Assembly (NCBI RefSeq): GCF_902459465.1 | Contig: NC_047074.1 | Span: forward strand, 8,494,001 to 8,558,000 | DNA from: Asterias rubens | Lineage: Eukaryota | Direction of reading: 5' to 3' | Length of the DNA stretch: 64,000 nt | Shown here: piece after piece, positions 36,801 through 47,693 of the stretch | Layout of the letters: each line of letters opens with the position of its first letter | Numbering within the stretch: the stretch's first letter is position 1 | The notes under the pieces: model-generated | What the model saw: the letters and a program-made list of their open reading frames with translations, nothing else | Database searches by the model: none | Told to the model about the DNA's origin: nothing | Made by a program: the position numbers and the translations under genes

Positions 36801-39078
36801 GCGCTACTGTGCAGAACCTGCTGTGTTTGGTTGTAAATAGTTTTGGCAGGTGTGCAAGCGCTACTGTGCAGCACCTGCTGTGTTTGGTTGTAAATAGTTT
36901 TGGCAGGTGTGCAAGCGCTACTGTGCAGCACCTGCTGTGTTTGGTTGTAAATAGTTTTGGCAGGTGTGCAAGCGCTACTGTGCAGCACCTGCTGTGTTTG
37001 GTTGTAAATAGTTTTGGCAGGTGTGCAAGCGCTACTGTGCAGCACCTGCTGTGTTTGGTTGTAAATAGTTTTGGCAGGTGTGCAAGCGCTACTGTGCAGA
37101 ACCTGCTGTGTTTGGTTGTAAATAGTTTTGGCAGGTGTGCAAGCGCTACTGTGCAGAACCTGCTGTGTTTGGTTGTAAATAGTTTTGGCAGGTGTGCAAG
37201 CGCTACTGTGCAGCACCTGCTGTGTTTGGTTGTAAATAGTTTTGGCAGGTGTGCAAGCGCTACTGTGCAGCACCTGCTGTGTTTGGTTGTAAATAGTTTT
37301 GGCAGGTGTGCAAGCGCTACTGTGCAGCACCTGCTGTGTTTGGTTGTAAATAGTTTTGGCAGGTGTGCAAGCGCTACTGTGCAGCACCTGCTGTGTTTGG
37401 TTGTAAATAGTTTTGGCAGGTGTGCAAGCGCTACTGTGCAGCACCTGCTGTGTTTGGTTGTAAATAGTTTTGGCAGGTGTGCAAGCGCTACTGTGCAGCA
37501 CCTGCTGTGTTTGGTTGTAAATAGTTTTGGCAGGTGTGCAAGTGCTACTGTGCAGCAGCAGTACTTGCAATATAAGCACAAAGGCATTGTTTGGGTCTGT
37601 CTTTTGTTCTGTGGGGTGTAGTCGCTCAGGAATGTCTTGGGAATTTCACTGGTGTACATGAGTGAACAGAGTGGTAGTTTAATAATTGAGGTGGGGAAAA
37701 GTGAATTGATGCCCAGAGTACCAGTTTTTAAGTCAGTGGGGTGAGGTGTGTGTAGTTAGATATGGGCACATGGCAGTCAGAGTTCTTGCTTGCATGCTAC
37801 AGCACAGATTGGATCTGGTGAGGCACAGAGGAGAGCTGAGTTGGCAAATGGTAAGTTCTCTTAATAATGTTTATTGAGAAAACCCTTTGGATTGTAGTAG
37901 TGTGTTTCATTAATTGAAAAGCACTTGGTAAAAGCATTTTTTCAGTTCGAAGGGTCTATGTTCTTTTTTCTAACATAAAACACAGATTTACATTAAACTT
38001 ACACAGTTTGAAGATATAGTAGAAAGCTTCCCTTAAAATAATACTTTCTGAGGTGCTGTAGTTTTTGAGAAATGAGTAAAACATTGTCACACAAATAATT
38101 TCTGTCTCAGTTTTAGCATGCGGGGGTAAAAATGTATTAACCGGCTATGGTATGTTATGGTTAACTACCATAATTGTTTAATATGTTTTTACCTGCTAAA
38201 ATAATTGTTATTTCATTGAGAAAAAAATTATTTTGTGACATGTTTCACTTATTTCTCAAAAAACTTCAGCACCTCAGTAAGTAATATTTGATAGGAAGCT
38301 TTCTACTATCATTATCTTCAAACCCTGTAAGTTTAATGTGAATCTGAGGTCATTTTTAAAAAGTACCCGAATCCTTTAAAGGAATTGTTGATCCCAAAAT
38401 GGGATGCAATTGTTACCTCGTGCATCTTGTTGATCCTGCCGGTGTAAAATAGAAGCCGTTCTGTTAATGTCGTTTTGCCTGAATCAATGTGGGCTGAAAT
38501 TCCAATGTTGCGAATCTTTTGTACATCCTTATAAATAAAAAAGAATAAACAGATATGATAATTCAGTGACACTTTAAAAAAAGATAATTTCTGGCATGGC
38601 CAAAATCTCCTAGTTATTTTAACCTTAAAATATTTGCTTCTGGTAAACATGGTAGGCTATACATTGTAGCCCCCTCACCAAGAGTGGCTTTTAGCCTATT
38701 TTGGGCGAACCTGCATCAAAAAGAAACAAAAACAACAACAATAGGAACTAGAATGGTTGTTAGCTAATGATTAAAAACAATCACAGGAATTTGAAGTATT
38801 TTTCTAACCAGCAAATTGCTCCACGGTCTTACATTATGAAACACTAAGATTATCCTCAAATACAATAAAAAACAGACTTAATATACACAATCATTATGCA
38901 GCAGTGTGAGTCTTATTCCTGAAGATGACAAATAAACAAAAGTCTTTGGGAAAATGTCTACTCACTAGTTCGACGTTGCCACTGACAGAGGAAGCGCTTC
39001 GGACCATAGAGAACAAAATCTACAAATACAAATGGAAGAACAATTTATTGCTTTTACTCTCACTAACATTACCTGCAT
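21875..39078 (-). CDS. GFM1: Mitochondrial elongation factor G1 (about 722 aa). Exons: 39073-39078, 38966-39019, 38417-38527, 35214-35346, 34073-34238, 33624-33779, 33195-33268, 32525-32601, 31987-32067, 31764-31831, 30665-30740, 29212-29349, 28616-28774, 27570-27659, 27003-27133, 26228-26297, 25077-25169, 23600-23744, 22963-23123, 21875-22054
   Basis: All introns are GT-AG and the phases chain correctly (2169 nt in total). EF-G motifs: [90 protein letters not shown]. The start codon and first micro-exon are the least certain parts. Confidence 0.95.
22255..22345 (-). mobile_element. tRNA-derived SINE head
   Basis: The reverse complement ggtagtctagttggttaga...ggtcgttggttcgaatcccacgcgag has A-box and B-box motifs. 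Confidence 0.5.
23300..23500 (-). mobile_element. SINE body/tail (family S)
   Basis: Reverse copy of ggggttcgccccggtgttcctgg...gcagcatattgcgccacagcaccttgtaa, also seen at about 29595-29670 and 31565-31630. It joins the sequence found in the head at 30918-31080. Confidence 0.6.
23783..24090. repeat. Tandem repeat of about 85 bp, about 3.5 copies, in a GFM1 intron
   Basis: Units start catgttacatg/catgtcacatg at about 23783, 23868, 23953 and 24038. They contain ttgcttagcagaaa, as family H does. Confidence 0.7.
24237..24578 (+). mobile_element. Kolobok-like MITE, family B (complete)
   Basis: TTAA-agccattatacacttt ... aaagtgtccaatggct-TTAA. Confidence 0.8.
27215..27400 (-). mobile_element. Degraded L2/CR1-type LINE 3' fragment
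   Basis: The reverse strand has gcaccaagactctgggaattcacttcc, a frameshifted APRLWNSLP typical of LINE ORF2 C-termini. Confidence 0.5.
27800..28580. repeat. Degenerate minisatellite of about 35 bp, about 20 copies, in a GFM1 intron
   Basis: Unit ggggtcaactagcaggaaagttgccccaagagta; a multi-unit block near 28230-28350 recurs near 28350-28470. Confidence 0.85.
29983..30197. mobile_element. Short MITE-like element
   Basis: atagaccgtattgaata is inverted, with mismatches, as tattcaattggtctat. Confidence 0.4.
30918..31080 (+). mobile_element. tRNA-derived SINE 5' portion (family S)
   Basis: A box gtggccgagcggttaa, B box gggtttgaatcc, then gacacatgtgtccctatgcaagaca. Confidence 0.65.
31085..31420 (-). 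mobile_element. L2/CR1-type LINE 3' fragment
   Basis: The minus strand encodes [10 protein letters not shown], followed by a gcgctatataag...ttaataata tail. Confidence 0.65.
32255..32470 (-). mobile_element. L2-type LINE 3' end
   Basis: The minus strand encodes IWNSLP, then gcgccttgaacacccagcagggtggatacgtgcgcattacaagtcttac and a (TAT)n tail. The same tail recurs at about 31480-31535. Confidence 0.65.
35409..35732 (-). mobile_element. Kolobok-like MITE, family A
   Basis: TTAA-agacagtggacactattggtaatt ... tgtccactgcct-TTAA. Confidence 0.85.
36290..37558. repeat. Near-perfect 57-bp minisatellite, about 22 copies, in GFM1 intron 3
   Basis: Unit gctactgtgcagcacctgctgtgtttggttgtaaatagttttggcaggtgtgcaagc. 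It produces the three long 19-aa-periodic ORFs. Confidence 0.97.
37950..38372. mobile_element. MITE with long TIRs, TTAA at one end (Kolobok-like family C)
   Basis: cagatttacattaaacttac..gtttgaagat..atagtagaaagcttcc is inverted as ggaagctttctactatcattatcttcaaac..gtaagtttaatgtgaatctg. Confidence 0.65.
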
Positions 39079-39148
39079 GCCGCTTATAACACAACATTTG
39101 GAACCAGTACTAAATAATTTACAGGATAATTTTGATGTGGATGCATTT

Positions 39149-39213
39149 TAGTTGCGATAACGCAACCCTCCTCCCTAGCGGCCATCGGGAGGAGGGTTAG
39201 GTTGTCGCAACTA
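39149..39213. repeat. 27-bp imperfect palindrome with an 11-nt spacer, just upstream of the GFM1 start
   Basis: tagttgcgataacgcaaccctcctccc versus gggaggagggttaggttgtcgcaacta; 3 mismatches. Confidence 0.8.
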
Positions 39214-41086
39214 GACCTATTTCTATCTGTTTCAAAATCATGTAACTGGTCCAAATTAAAATCCGATTATTCGCGATTGTATGTGGTAAGCAGTAAATAA
39301 CAAAAGTTAACATACATATATAATTAAATTGTGGATCAAAGTTATTAAAATATTAAGTGTTATATATTTGCAAATTTTACAACATTTGGCAATGTTTTGG
39401 TCCCCACCCTCCCCTTTCATTTCACTCCTGAGTCCTAGTCCTACTTTTTTTAAAACTTTATAATTTTAATTTATATAAATATAAAACTTTATAATAGTGA
39501 TTCACTCAAAATAAGATATTGTTTGGGATGTCCTGTTATTATCGTATGATCAAGTCCTGTTATTATCGTATGATCCAGATGGAAATCGTCTTCTTGTTGA
39601 GCCTAGCGAATAATTTTTATTAACGAACTGTCGGAAATACACGCAAAATCGCTTACACACATGTAAGGAAAGGCTGTTGCGCAAATGAACGGAAAAAATC
39701 ATGTTAGTTTTTAACCTTTTTTCTGAGATCCAGTGTGTTGAAGACATTTCTTTTACTTGCCCTGTTCAGAAAGAGGGTGGCCCTCATAATGCCCATCTTG
39801 AAATTGATTTTTTGTTTACACTTTCCGGCGATCGGGTGTCTTTTTTAACAGGGACTTTCCGGATTCTCCGCATGCACATATCCAGAGGCACCGGGTCCAA
39901 ATTATGCAATCAATTTTGTCACTGCTCAATTGAGGGCGCCCTCCCAAATTTGAAAGGCGTTGAAAAAGGTTTATTTCCACTGTATCCTACTGTAGTCAGC
40001 CTAAGATTTGTCTACAGAAATTTTCATGGTAAAAAAAATTAATGCCCCACCAATGTTCCTCCATACTGGGTGTTTCTGCTTGCAGAAAAATTCTCAAAAT
40101 TACATGTTGGAGGTTGCATTTACCACTATTGCGAAGGGAGGTTGTTCCATTCGGAAAACTATTTTGGAGAAGAATTTTTTTTATGCAGTCCAGCCCAGTT
40201 TCTTTAGTCCTGGTTTGTACAGCTTTGTGTTGTCATGTCTATGAAGAAGCTAAATTTAACTAAATTAAACATTATTTTCGGACAACTAAACTTTAAACTT
40301 CTAAATAATTTAAACTTCTTGCTGCTGTCGAACTCGTCTTGGCAAATACTGTCCAATCCTGCGTCCATTCCGCACCTAGGTGGACCGGATACATTATTGA
40401 TATACGGATGGGCACTATTCCAGCGTTCACTGCATACAACAGCAAGGGAAACTATTGGCAGGGGACACTTTTGTCTAGCCATTGCGACTCGGTCCAGGGT
40501 CCGCCCCAACCCTGGACCCCATTGTGTAAAATGTACGCTCCATTGGTGTACCCTCGCTCTTTGATCATCATCTTAGTACAGTTGTCATTGTTTTTAGGGC
40601 TAGGGTAAACTTATAAACATTGGTCCGTGGTGAAACCCCTCAGGACAATTAAAAAGCGTTTGGGCAGAAATGATTTTGTTCAGCCATTTTCAATTATAAT
40701 TTTTTGTGTGCGACTGAAATTTATTTTGTTTCCCCAGTCAGTGAAAATGAGGAGGGGCGGGGGGGGGGGGGGGGTGGGGAGCCCGCTGTGCCCATCCCTA
40801 AATCTGCGTCCTTATCAAACCTGAGATTTTGTGCCGACATGAGGAAACATTAAAAGTGTTTGTTTTACATTTGGTGTTATTGTTTGACAACTTGAGGATT
40901 GCGTTTGAGAAAAACTGATGACAAAGCTAGTTGGCAACAACAACACGTTCGAGGTGGTTCTTTGTGGGATAAGGCAAGCCAACAGCAGCTGACCTGCCAA
41001 AAGTTTATAAGAAAAGTGACAGATGGAGATTCGTTTTTCTCACAACAATGAGAGACCCCTGCTATGGATTATGGACCCAGTCTTAA

Positions 41087-41477
41087 AGGCAGCGGACACT
41101 ATTGGTAAAATTACTCAAAATAATTATCATCATAAAACCTTTCTTTATTACGAGTAATGGGGAGAGGTTGATAGTACAAACCATTGTGAGAAACAGCTCC
41201 CTCTGAAGTGACGTAGTTTTCGAGAAAGAAGTAATTTTCCACGAATTTGATTTCGAGACCTCAAGTTAAGAATTTGAGGTCTCGAAATCAAGCATCAGAT
41301 CAGAAAACACATAACTTCGTATGACAAGGGTGTTTTTCTTTCATTATTATCTCGCAACTTCGACGACCGATAGAGCTCAAATTTTCACAGGTTTGTTATT
41401 TTATGCATATGTTGAGATAGGCCCTACACCAACTGTGAAGACTAGTCTTTGACAATTACCAATAGTGTCCACTGCCT
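41087..41477 (+). mobile_element. Kolobok-like MITE, family A (complete)
   Basis: TTAA-aggcagcggacactattggtaa ... ttaccaatagtgtccactgcct-TTAA. Confidence 0.85.
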
Positions 41478-41859
41478 TTAAAAGGGGATTTACACCAAGG
41501 CCAATAGGAGTTATCATAAAATAGGGTGATTGGCCCTCCTACCCTGGCGAAGAGCAAAGTGGAACCAGTTGGAACCAATGGAAACCGGATAGTGTATCCG
41601 GGTTTGCGTGCGTGTTTGTACTTTGAACGTCTGCTTAAAATTAAAGACGCCTCGCCCTGCAGTAGCTGAGATAATTTCGTTTTGAAAAGTGAGGGTGTGG
41701 TTAATAATAGATGACTTTAGTAGGCTTAGGAGGAATAAAGTTTTGTTTGTATGTATTTACAAACAAACCCAACAAGGATGTTTTTTTTGGGGGGTTATTT
41801 TAATGTTTTTTGTTTGTTATGCAAGTTCGCCCCAAACAAGGCTAAAAGCCATTCTATAG

Positions 41860-42060
41860 GTATGGGGCTACAAGAAGAAACTGATTTAAAATAAAAATAA
41901 CCAAGGAGAGCTGGAGAATTGATATTTTAAAACAGTCCAGATTGTAGGATTGGGGAAACATCCACGAGGCAAGGAGTTCCAAAGAGATGCAGAAGGCTAC
42001 GTGGAATAAAGGTTCTGGAATAACTCTTTGTTCCACACATCTCAAAAAACTAGTTTGGCA
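41860..42060 (-). mobile_element. L2/CR1-type LINE 3' fragment
   Basis: The minus strand reads ctttggaactccttg, encoding LWNSL. Confidence 0.5.
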
Positions 42061-42074
42061 GTGGCTGCATCATC

Positions 42075-42400
42075 TTCATTTATAGGCTGTGTTCATCCAA
42101 TGTAGCCCTCCTCCTCATGTAAATGTCATTCGTTTCTTGTTCTTGCAATTCTTGTCCATGTTGTCTCTGCATGTATACTATGATATCATCTCTCCATCTT
42201 CTTTTTCTCTCACCCCTGTTCCTTTCCATTGTCCTTGGTTGCCAGTCCATTATTCCTGATGTGTTGTCCATCCATCTCATTGACATTTCTTTTGGGCGCG
42301 GTGTGTGCCCTTCCCCATTTAGCTTGTTTTATTGCCCTCATGATGTCGGTTACTCCAGTTTTCAAAAAATGGTTGCACGTGCGTATCCGTGTGAACATTC
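42075..42400 (-). mobile_element. RTE-type LINE 3' fragment, frameshifted
   Basis: Minus-strand pieces IMRAIKQAKWG and RNRGERKRRWRDDI match RTE-clade ORF C-terminal motifs. Confidence 0.65.
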
Positions 42401-43093
42401 AAATCGGGACCTGTGACAATGGTCCCGGTTGGCGGTGTAAGGTGATACCAAGTTCGAAAGTGTGTACGAAACTAATGGGAGCTATTGCCAACAAGTTTAA
42501 GCTACAAACAAAGGGGCAAAGGAGGTCCCTGATTGCAGGTATATTTACACACAAAGCTAATACATTAATGTCCGTATCAGTGGATACAATAGTGTTCAGA
42601 ATTAACAGACAAAGAATGAGACAATAACAAGCAAAACCGTGACGGGGGTGGGTGGGGGGGGGGGGGTGTATCCCTCCTCCGAGAATTCCACTCGTCACCA
42701 GTAGAACGATTACGATTACTTTATGTTGCATGGGATTGAATATAGGGATGATCACTGTTGGGGTGGGGAAGGGGGGGGTGAGGGTAGTCGATTATTCAGT
42801 TTCCTTTTTTAAAATTTGAAAGATTTTTCAAAGAATAGACGTATCTACCTTTAGTAAAACCCAGATCAGGAAGGCAGACAGTTTACTGTGATTTTGGTGT
42901 GGCACGAACCCGGATATCATGATATCAAGGGTTAAGAAAACGACCCCCATGCGTTACAAACAGTATAGTGGTATATAACTTTATACTTATTTATTATAAC
43001 TATTGGGTTTTTTTGTGGGAAAAAAAACTTCAGCACGCACTAAATTCAAAACAAATATTAAGCAAAACTAAAAAAAAATAATTCTTGAAAGCG

Positions 43094-43102
43094 TATATAA
43101 AG
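43094..43102 (+). promoter_or_regulatory. TATA box of the secreted amidase-like gene
   Basis: TATATAAAG lies about 130 nt upstream of the ATG at 43223, which has good initiation context (gccATGg). Confidence 0.5.
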
Positions 43103-43222
43103 GAGCCCAGGGCCTCACTCAGCCACTGTTTTGACTGTGAGCTATCGCGCTTGAAACCGTTCTCAGTCATTGTCGTCAGAGAGATTTCCCTGATTTCATC
43201 GGTTGTTCGATCATCTTCTGCC

Positions 43223-45862
43223 ATGGCTCTGCGCATACTTGCAATCTTGACGGTACTGACACTGGTGTTGACCAGCTGGGTGAGTATTTTTTAAGATAAT
43301 TATTTTAGACCCAATGATTATGAAGCCCCACTTAAGCCTTCTGACTGGGGGGGGGGGAGGGTGCAGAGAATACACTGATTTGCGGCCGTGAAAAGATAGC
43401 AAGTTGCGGCCGTAAGAAGATAGCAAGTTGCGGCCGTAAGAAGATAGCAAGTTGCGGCCGTAAGAAGATAGTAAGTCGCGGCCGTAAAAAGAAGGTTATA
43501 GTTGCGGCCTTAAAAAAGTAGTAAGTTGTGGCCGTAAATAGATAAGTTGCGGCCAAGATACCAAGTTCGTTTTTTGGCATGAATGTTGACCTATGAACTT
43601 TAAGTTTATGTATGGAAAGCGGTTTTCATCTTTGTGTAGAACTTTGGTTTTGTTAAGAAACAGCAAAAAGGCCAGATCAGTGTTGCTTTTGCAGCAATGA
43701 ATAGAAAACAATACTGTCGTTTTCACTTCGACGCGCCTGTACAGATCTATTGACAAATATCCCCGGTTTGTTGAATCAAGGTGCCCAGCGGAAAAATGGC
43801 TCAATTACCCTGTTTCCAGGTACACAGAGTATGTTGTCTCGGTACCAGAACGCTGCAAGCAATAAAATAAATGGCTCCAGAAAAAAGTGCCATTACTGTA
43901 TATTTGCTGAATCACTTCTAGTTGTTTTCCCAAACATCGTTTACAGGCAGGGCTTACTCTCTCTTGCTGTATTCCAACATGATTAACTAAGGTGTTATGC
44001 TAATAATTATGTTGAGTAATTACCAATGCCTCTTAAAGTGTCTGTATACGTTTGGTTAACGGCTCTATAAATTAATGGTAATATAGGCCCTATTGCAGAA
44101 ACTTTTCCGAAACTTTGAAGTACTGCGGTTATGGACAAAGATATCACTCGTTATCCCCTAAAATGTAAATGAGAATCGTTTCTGACAGTAACGCTTCTCA
44201 GATTTTATATCCCATTTAAAGATTATCTGCTTGGACCAAACGTTATCAATTAACTTAACTTAACTTTAACTTAAATGCATTTATAAAGCGCTTTAAATAA
44301 CAAAAAAAGACGTTTTTTATGGCCATAATCACCTAATCCTAGGAACGTCTACCTAAACAATAGCAATGGCAAAAAACAAAAACAAATAAACTTTCGCGTC
44401 CATTTTGTTTGACATAGGTTTATACCTAGTTTGCACATATTGCCTTCATTGGTACTGTTGCATAACCGTGACGTCATATCTTGAGTCACACAAGAAATAT
44501 ATAGGGTACATTATAATTTATTGTTATTGATTATTTAGTGTACATTAGGGTAATTTATTTGCATCTAGGAAATGGGCATGATTTCTAATGGGAGACTGTT
44601 GATCGCTAGGTGGCAGCAGACTTACCAGGTGAAGTCACAGACAGACATAAAGAACCTAGGGCGAATTCGAAATCCATTGTTTTCGATAATGTGCACATGA
44701 TAAAAACTACGTAAACATTCGAAATTTACCTGGCAAGTCTTCTGCCACCTAGCGTTCCAGTGTCTCCCATTACTATAATGCAGTGCGTCCGCTTGTAAAT
44801 GCAGACACGAGCTAATGTGGTTTCATGCTTATACAAAACTACGGACAAAAAACAAAACAAAGAACGTTTTGTTTTCATTACTGAATCATTCCAATGCAAT
44901 GCTTAATGGTATACTTTGACACAGGTTGGCACGGCAGAGGCGGTGTCAGGCACTACTATCGCCAACAAAGCAAAGGCCTACGCCAATGCAGGCAGGACTG
45001 ATTGGACATTTGCTGCGGCTCACCCCGACGCTGGTGGGTTCTTCAGTGATGGGAGAAACACGAACAAATGCAACCTCTTTGTGGCAGATGTGCTTGAGGC
45101 GGTTGGGGCAACGGTCCCGCATAGGTAAGACCATTTCTTACAACAAAACCATAATAATCTTATAGGAATCTTTAAGTAATCAAAGAAGTTACGAAAAATC
45201 TATAAGCGTTTTATATAAATCCTGTAAGATTCTAAAGGTATTTTCCCTATACATAGGACTTTCCTGTAAGGGATGGAGGAATAAGTACAGGGATGAACAT
45301 CTATGACCTAGCGCAGCCAACTGTAAAGACGTTTAACTTACCCTAAAAAATAATAATAGTGTAAAATACCCATTTACTTGTTCCCCTGTTAATGTAGAGG
45401 GCAGCAGACTTACCAGGTAAATCTCCGTTGTTCTTGGAAATGTTTGAGCATGCTCAGAACGGCATGAACAATGGAAGTTATCCTAGTAAGTCTGATGACC
45501 CCTAAGCGTTCAATAGTCTCCCATTTGGACACGGCTAACAAATTAATACTACCAGCCCGACTCATTTCTTGATTCCAACTCCTTATCTATTTAGAAACTG
45601 GGGTTTTTCTGGCCCTATCGGTGCAGGGGAGTGGGGCAGCTCATCTTCCTCTTACTTGACAAGCGCATCGTGCTGGGAGTATAGATCGAGTTCATGTACA
45701 GGCTGCGTCATCGGAGATGGAAGACACGTTGGGATTGTGACCGGATGGAGAGAAACAACCAGTGCCACAGATACCCAACTTGTGTCCAACGACTGGGGTT
45801 TTCGCGCATCTGGATCTGGAAGCAGTTCTTCTATAACTGCCTTTTGGAAATACGTTTGTTAA
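43223..45862 (+). CDS. Secreted NlpC/P60-CHAP-like cysteine hydrolase, putative peptidoglycan amidase (174 aa); exons 43223-43279, 44925-45124, 45595-45862
   Basis: Canonical splice sites; 57+200+268 = 525 nt in frame. Signal peptide MALRILAILTVLTLVLTSWVGTAEA. Motifs KC68NLFVADV and GRH130VGIV, plus a C-terminal NDWGFR. Confidence 0.8.
43380..43560. repeat. 24-bp minisatellite, about 8 copies, in intron 1
   Basis: Unit gttgcggccgtaagaagatagcaa. Confidence 0.85.
44588..44770. mobile_element. MITE flanked by TA, with CTCF-like motifs in both TIRs
   Basis: TA-atgggagac...cgctaggtggcagcagacttaccagg / cctggcaagtcttctgccacctagcg...gtctcccat-TA. A degenerate second copy lies at 45390-45525. Confidence 0.7.
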
Positions 45863-47302
45863 GCTCTCAGACCCACGAGGCGTTTTGCGGGGACCTAGTC
45901 ATTATAACCTCCACTGCTATTCGCGAAAAAAAGTAAAACACGAAAAAGAAGAGGAGGAAAACAAAAAAGCTTTCATATAATTATAAATCTTCATGTGTGT
46001 CGTAGAATAATCGAAGCTAAAAGTGGGCGTAGTTTGTTGCAGAATATGTGGGGGGGGGGGGGGGGGCATTAACAGATGTTCAAAAAATGAGATCTTCGAA
46101 AATTATGTCATTTAGCATCATTACTAATTATATACTGAATATTGCGAGAACATCACATCCGGATATCCATTTACTCATTTCCTTCAGTCCGTCTGAATTG
46201 TGTAGTTCTTAATCTGACGCTCGCACAGAAGCAATGCAAAGGGATCCCGGGTCAAATTTGACTCGGATGCTGGGTTACCGGGGTGGGATGGGGTGGGGGG
46301 GGGGTCTGAAACATTTCTTGAGTCAGAATGACCATGAAACTATAATTAAGAAATGTAGATATCTTCTGTAGACAAAGTTTTTGGCCATGACTTCCTACTC
46401 GCTATAATTTACATTATACTGGTTGGGAACATAGGATTTCTTTAGTTTGTAATTAGTCTCCTTCAAATGATTTTACCTGCTAAATATAGAAATGTGAAGT
46501 TCACATGCTCTTTTCATTTAGCTCCTAAAGTTGTTACAACACTTATTAGAGTGTGGACATCACCTCACCGTAACTCACCGTCTTAGTTCAAGACGTCACT
46601 ATCTCATACTCGTAACGGAACATGATAACCCGACAGAGGGCGCGACTTTCTTCTAGAATTCTTAACACGCCTTATGGTCAAGTTTTAATATGCCAATTGT
46701 ATAATTGTAACGATGGTTGTTTTCTGTTAAAGATTTTTAAACAAGACAATAAATGTGTGTGCTGCTTTTGCAAGGTTGCTGATAAACAGTTTGTCGTTTT
46801 CACTTTTGTATTGAGTTATATCCCATCAAATGTCCGCCATTGTTATACTAGTATTTGTCTGCCATTTTTGACATGGCACATTAATTTGAATAGGGCACAC
46901 CCAAGAATTAGGATCATGTAATTTACACATAATTTATTTGGATAGTCTCGAAGACCTCTAGAATAACAAATAAATCAATCAATATCCTCCCAAATGCTGC
47001 CTGGTCAAAATATCAGCCATCTTGAAAAATTTAGGACTGAACATGCAGTCCCACACCTTTAAATGCACCTTTAAAACTCCTTGGCTTTGGACCTATAAAC
47101 TGTACAGCAAAATGAAGATCATTTTGCGAAATGGCCATACCTTATTATGCCCACCATCTTGTAATGAGCGGACACTATTTGGCAGCGAACACTTTTTGAC
47201 ATGGCGACACCGGTGAGTGCTCGTAACAACAAGAGAACCACATTCAGGCTTCAGCTTGAATTGATTTATTCTTCGACAGTAGACTTTGAAAAAAATGTTT
47301 AA

Positions 47303-47693
47303 AGACAGTGGACACTATTGGTAAGTGTCAAAGAGTATTCTTCACAGTTGGTGTGTCTCAACATAATATGCATAAAATAACAAACCTGTGAAAATTTGAG
47401 CTAAATCGGTCGTCGAAGTTGCGAGATAATAATGAAAGAAAAAACACCCTTGTCACATGAAGTTGTGTGCTTTTTGCCTTTGCTTTCTGATGCTTGATTT
47501 TGAGACCTCAAATTCTTAACTTGAGGTCTTTAAATCAAATGCATGAAAAATTACTTCTTTCTCGAAAACTACATCACTTCAGAGGGAGCTTTTTCTCACA
47601 CTATTTTATACAACCAACCTCTCCCCATTACTCATAATTACGAAAGGTGTTATGATGATAATTATGAGTAATTACCAATAGTGTCCACTGCCT
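47303..47693 (-). mobile_element. Kolobok-like MITE, family A (complete)
   Basis: TTAA-agacagtggacactattggtaa ... ttaccaatagtgtccactgcct-TTAA. Confidence 0.85.

Noticed and set aside
36290-37558. CRISPR array
   Set aside because: The units are contiguous and nearly identical with no unique spacers, there are no cas genes, and the context is eukaryotic.
36215-37659. Three ORFs of 441-464 aa as protein-coding genes
   Set aside because: They arise from a 57-bp repeat that lacks stops in three frames. They lie inside a GFM1 intron and have no recognisable domain.
39701-40824. Several 65-113 aa ORFs between GFM1 and the amidase-like gene
   Set aside because: They overlap on both strands, have no motifs and no splice-supported model; probably decayed repeat or regulatory DNA.
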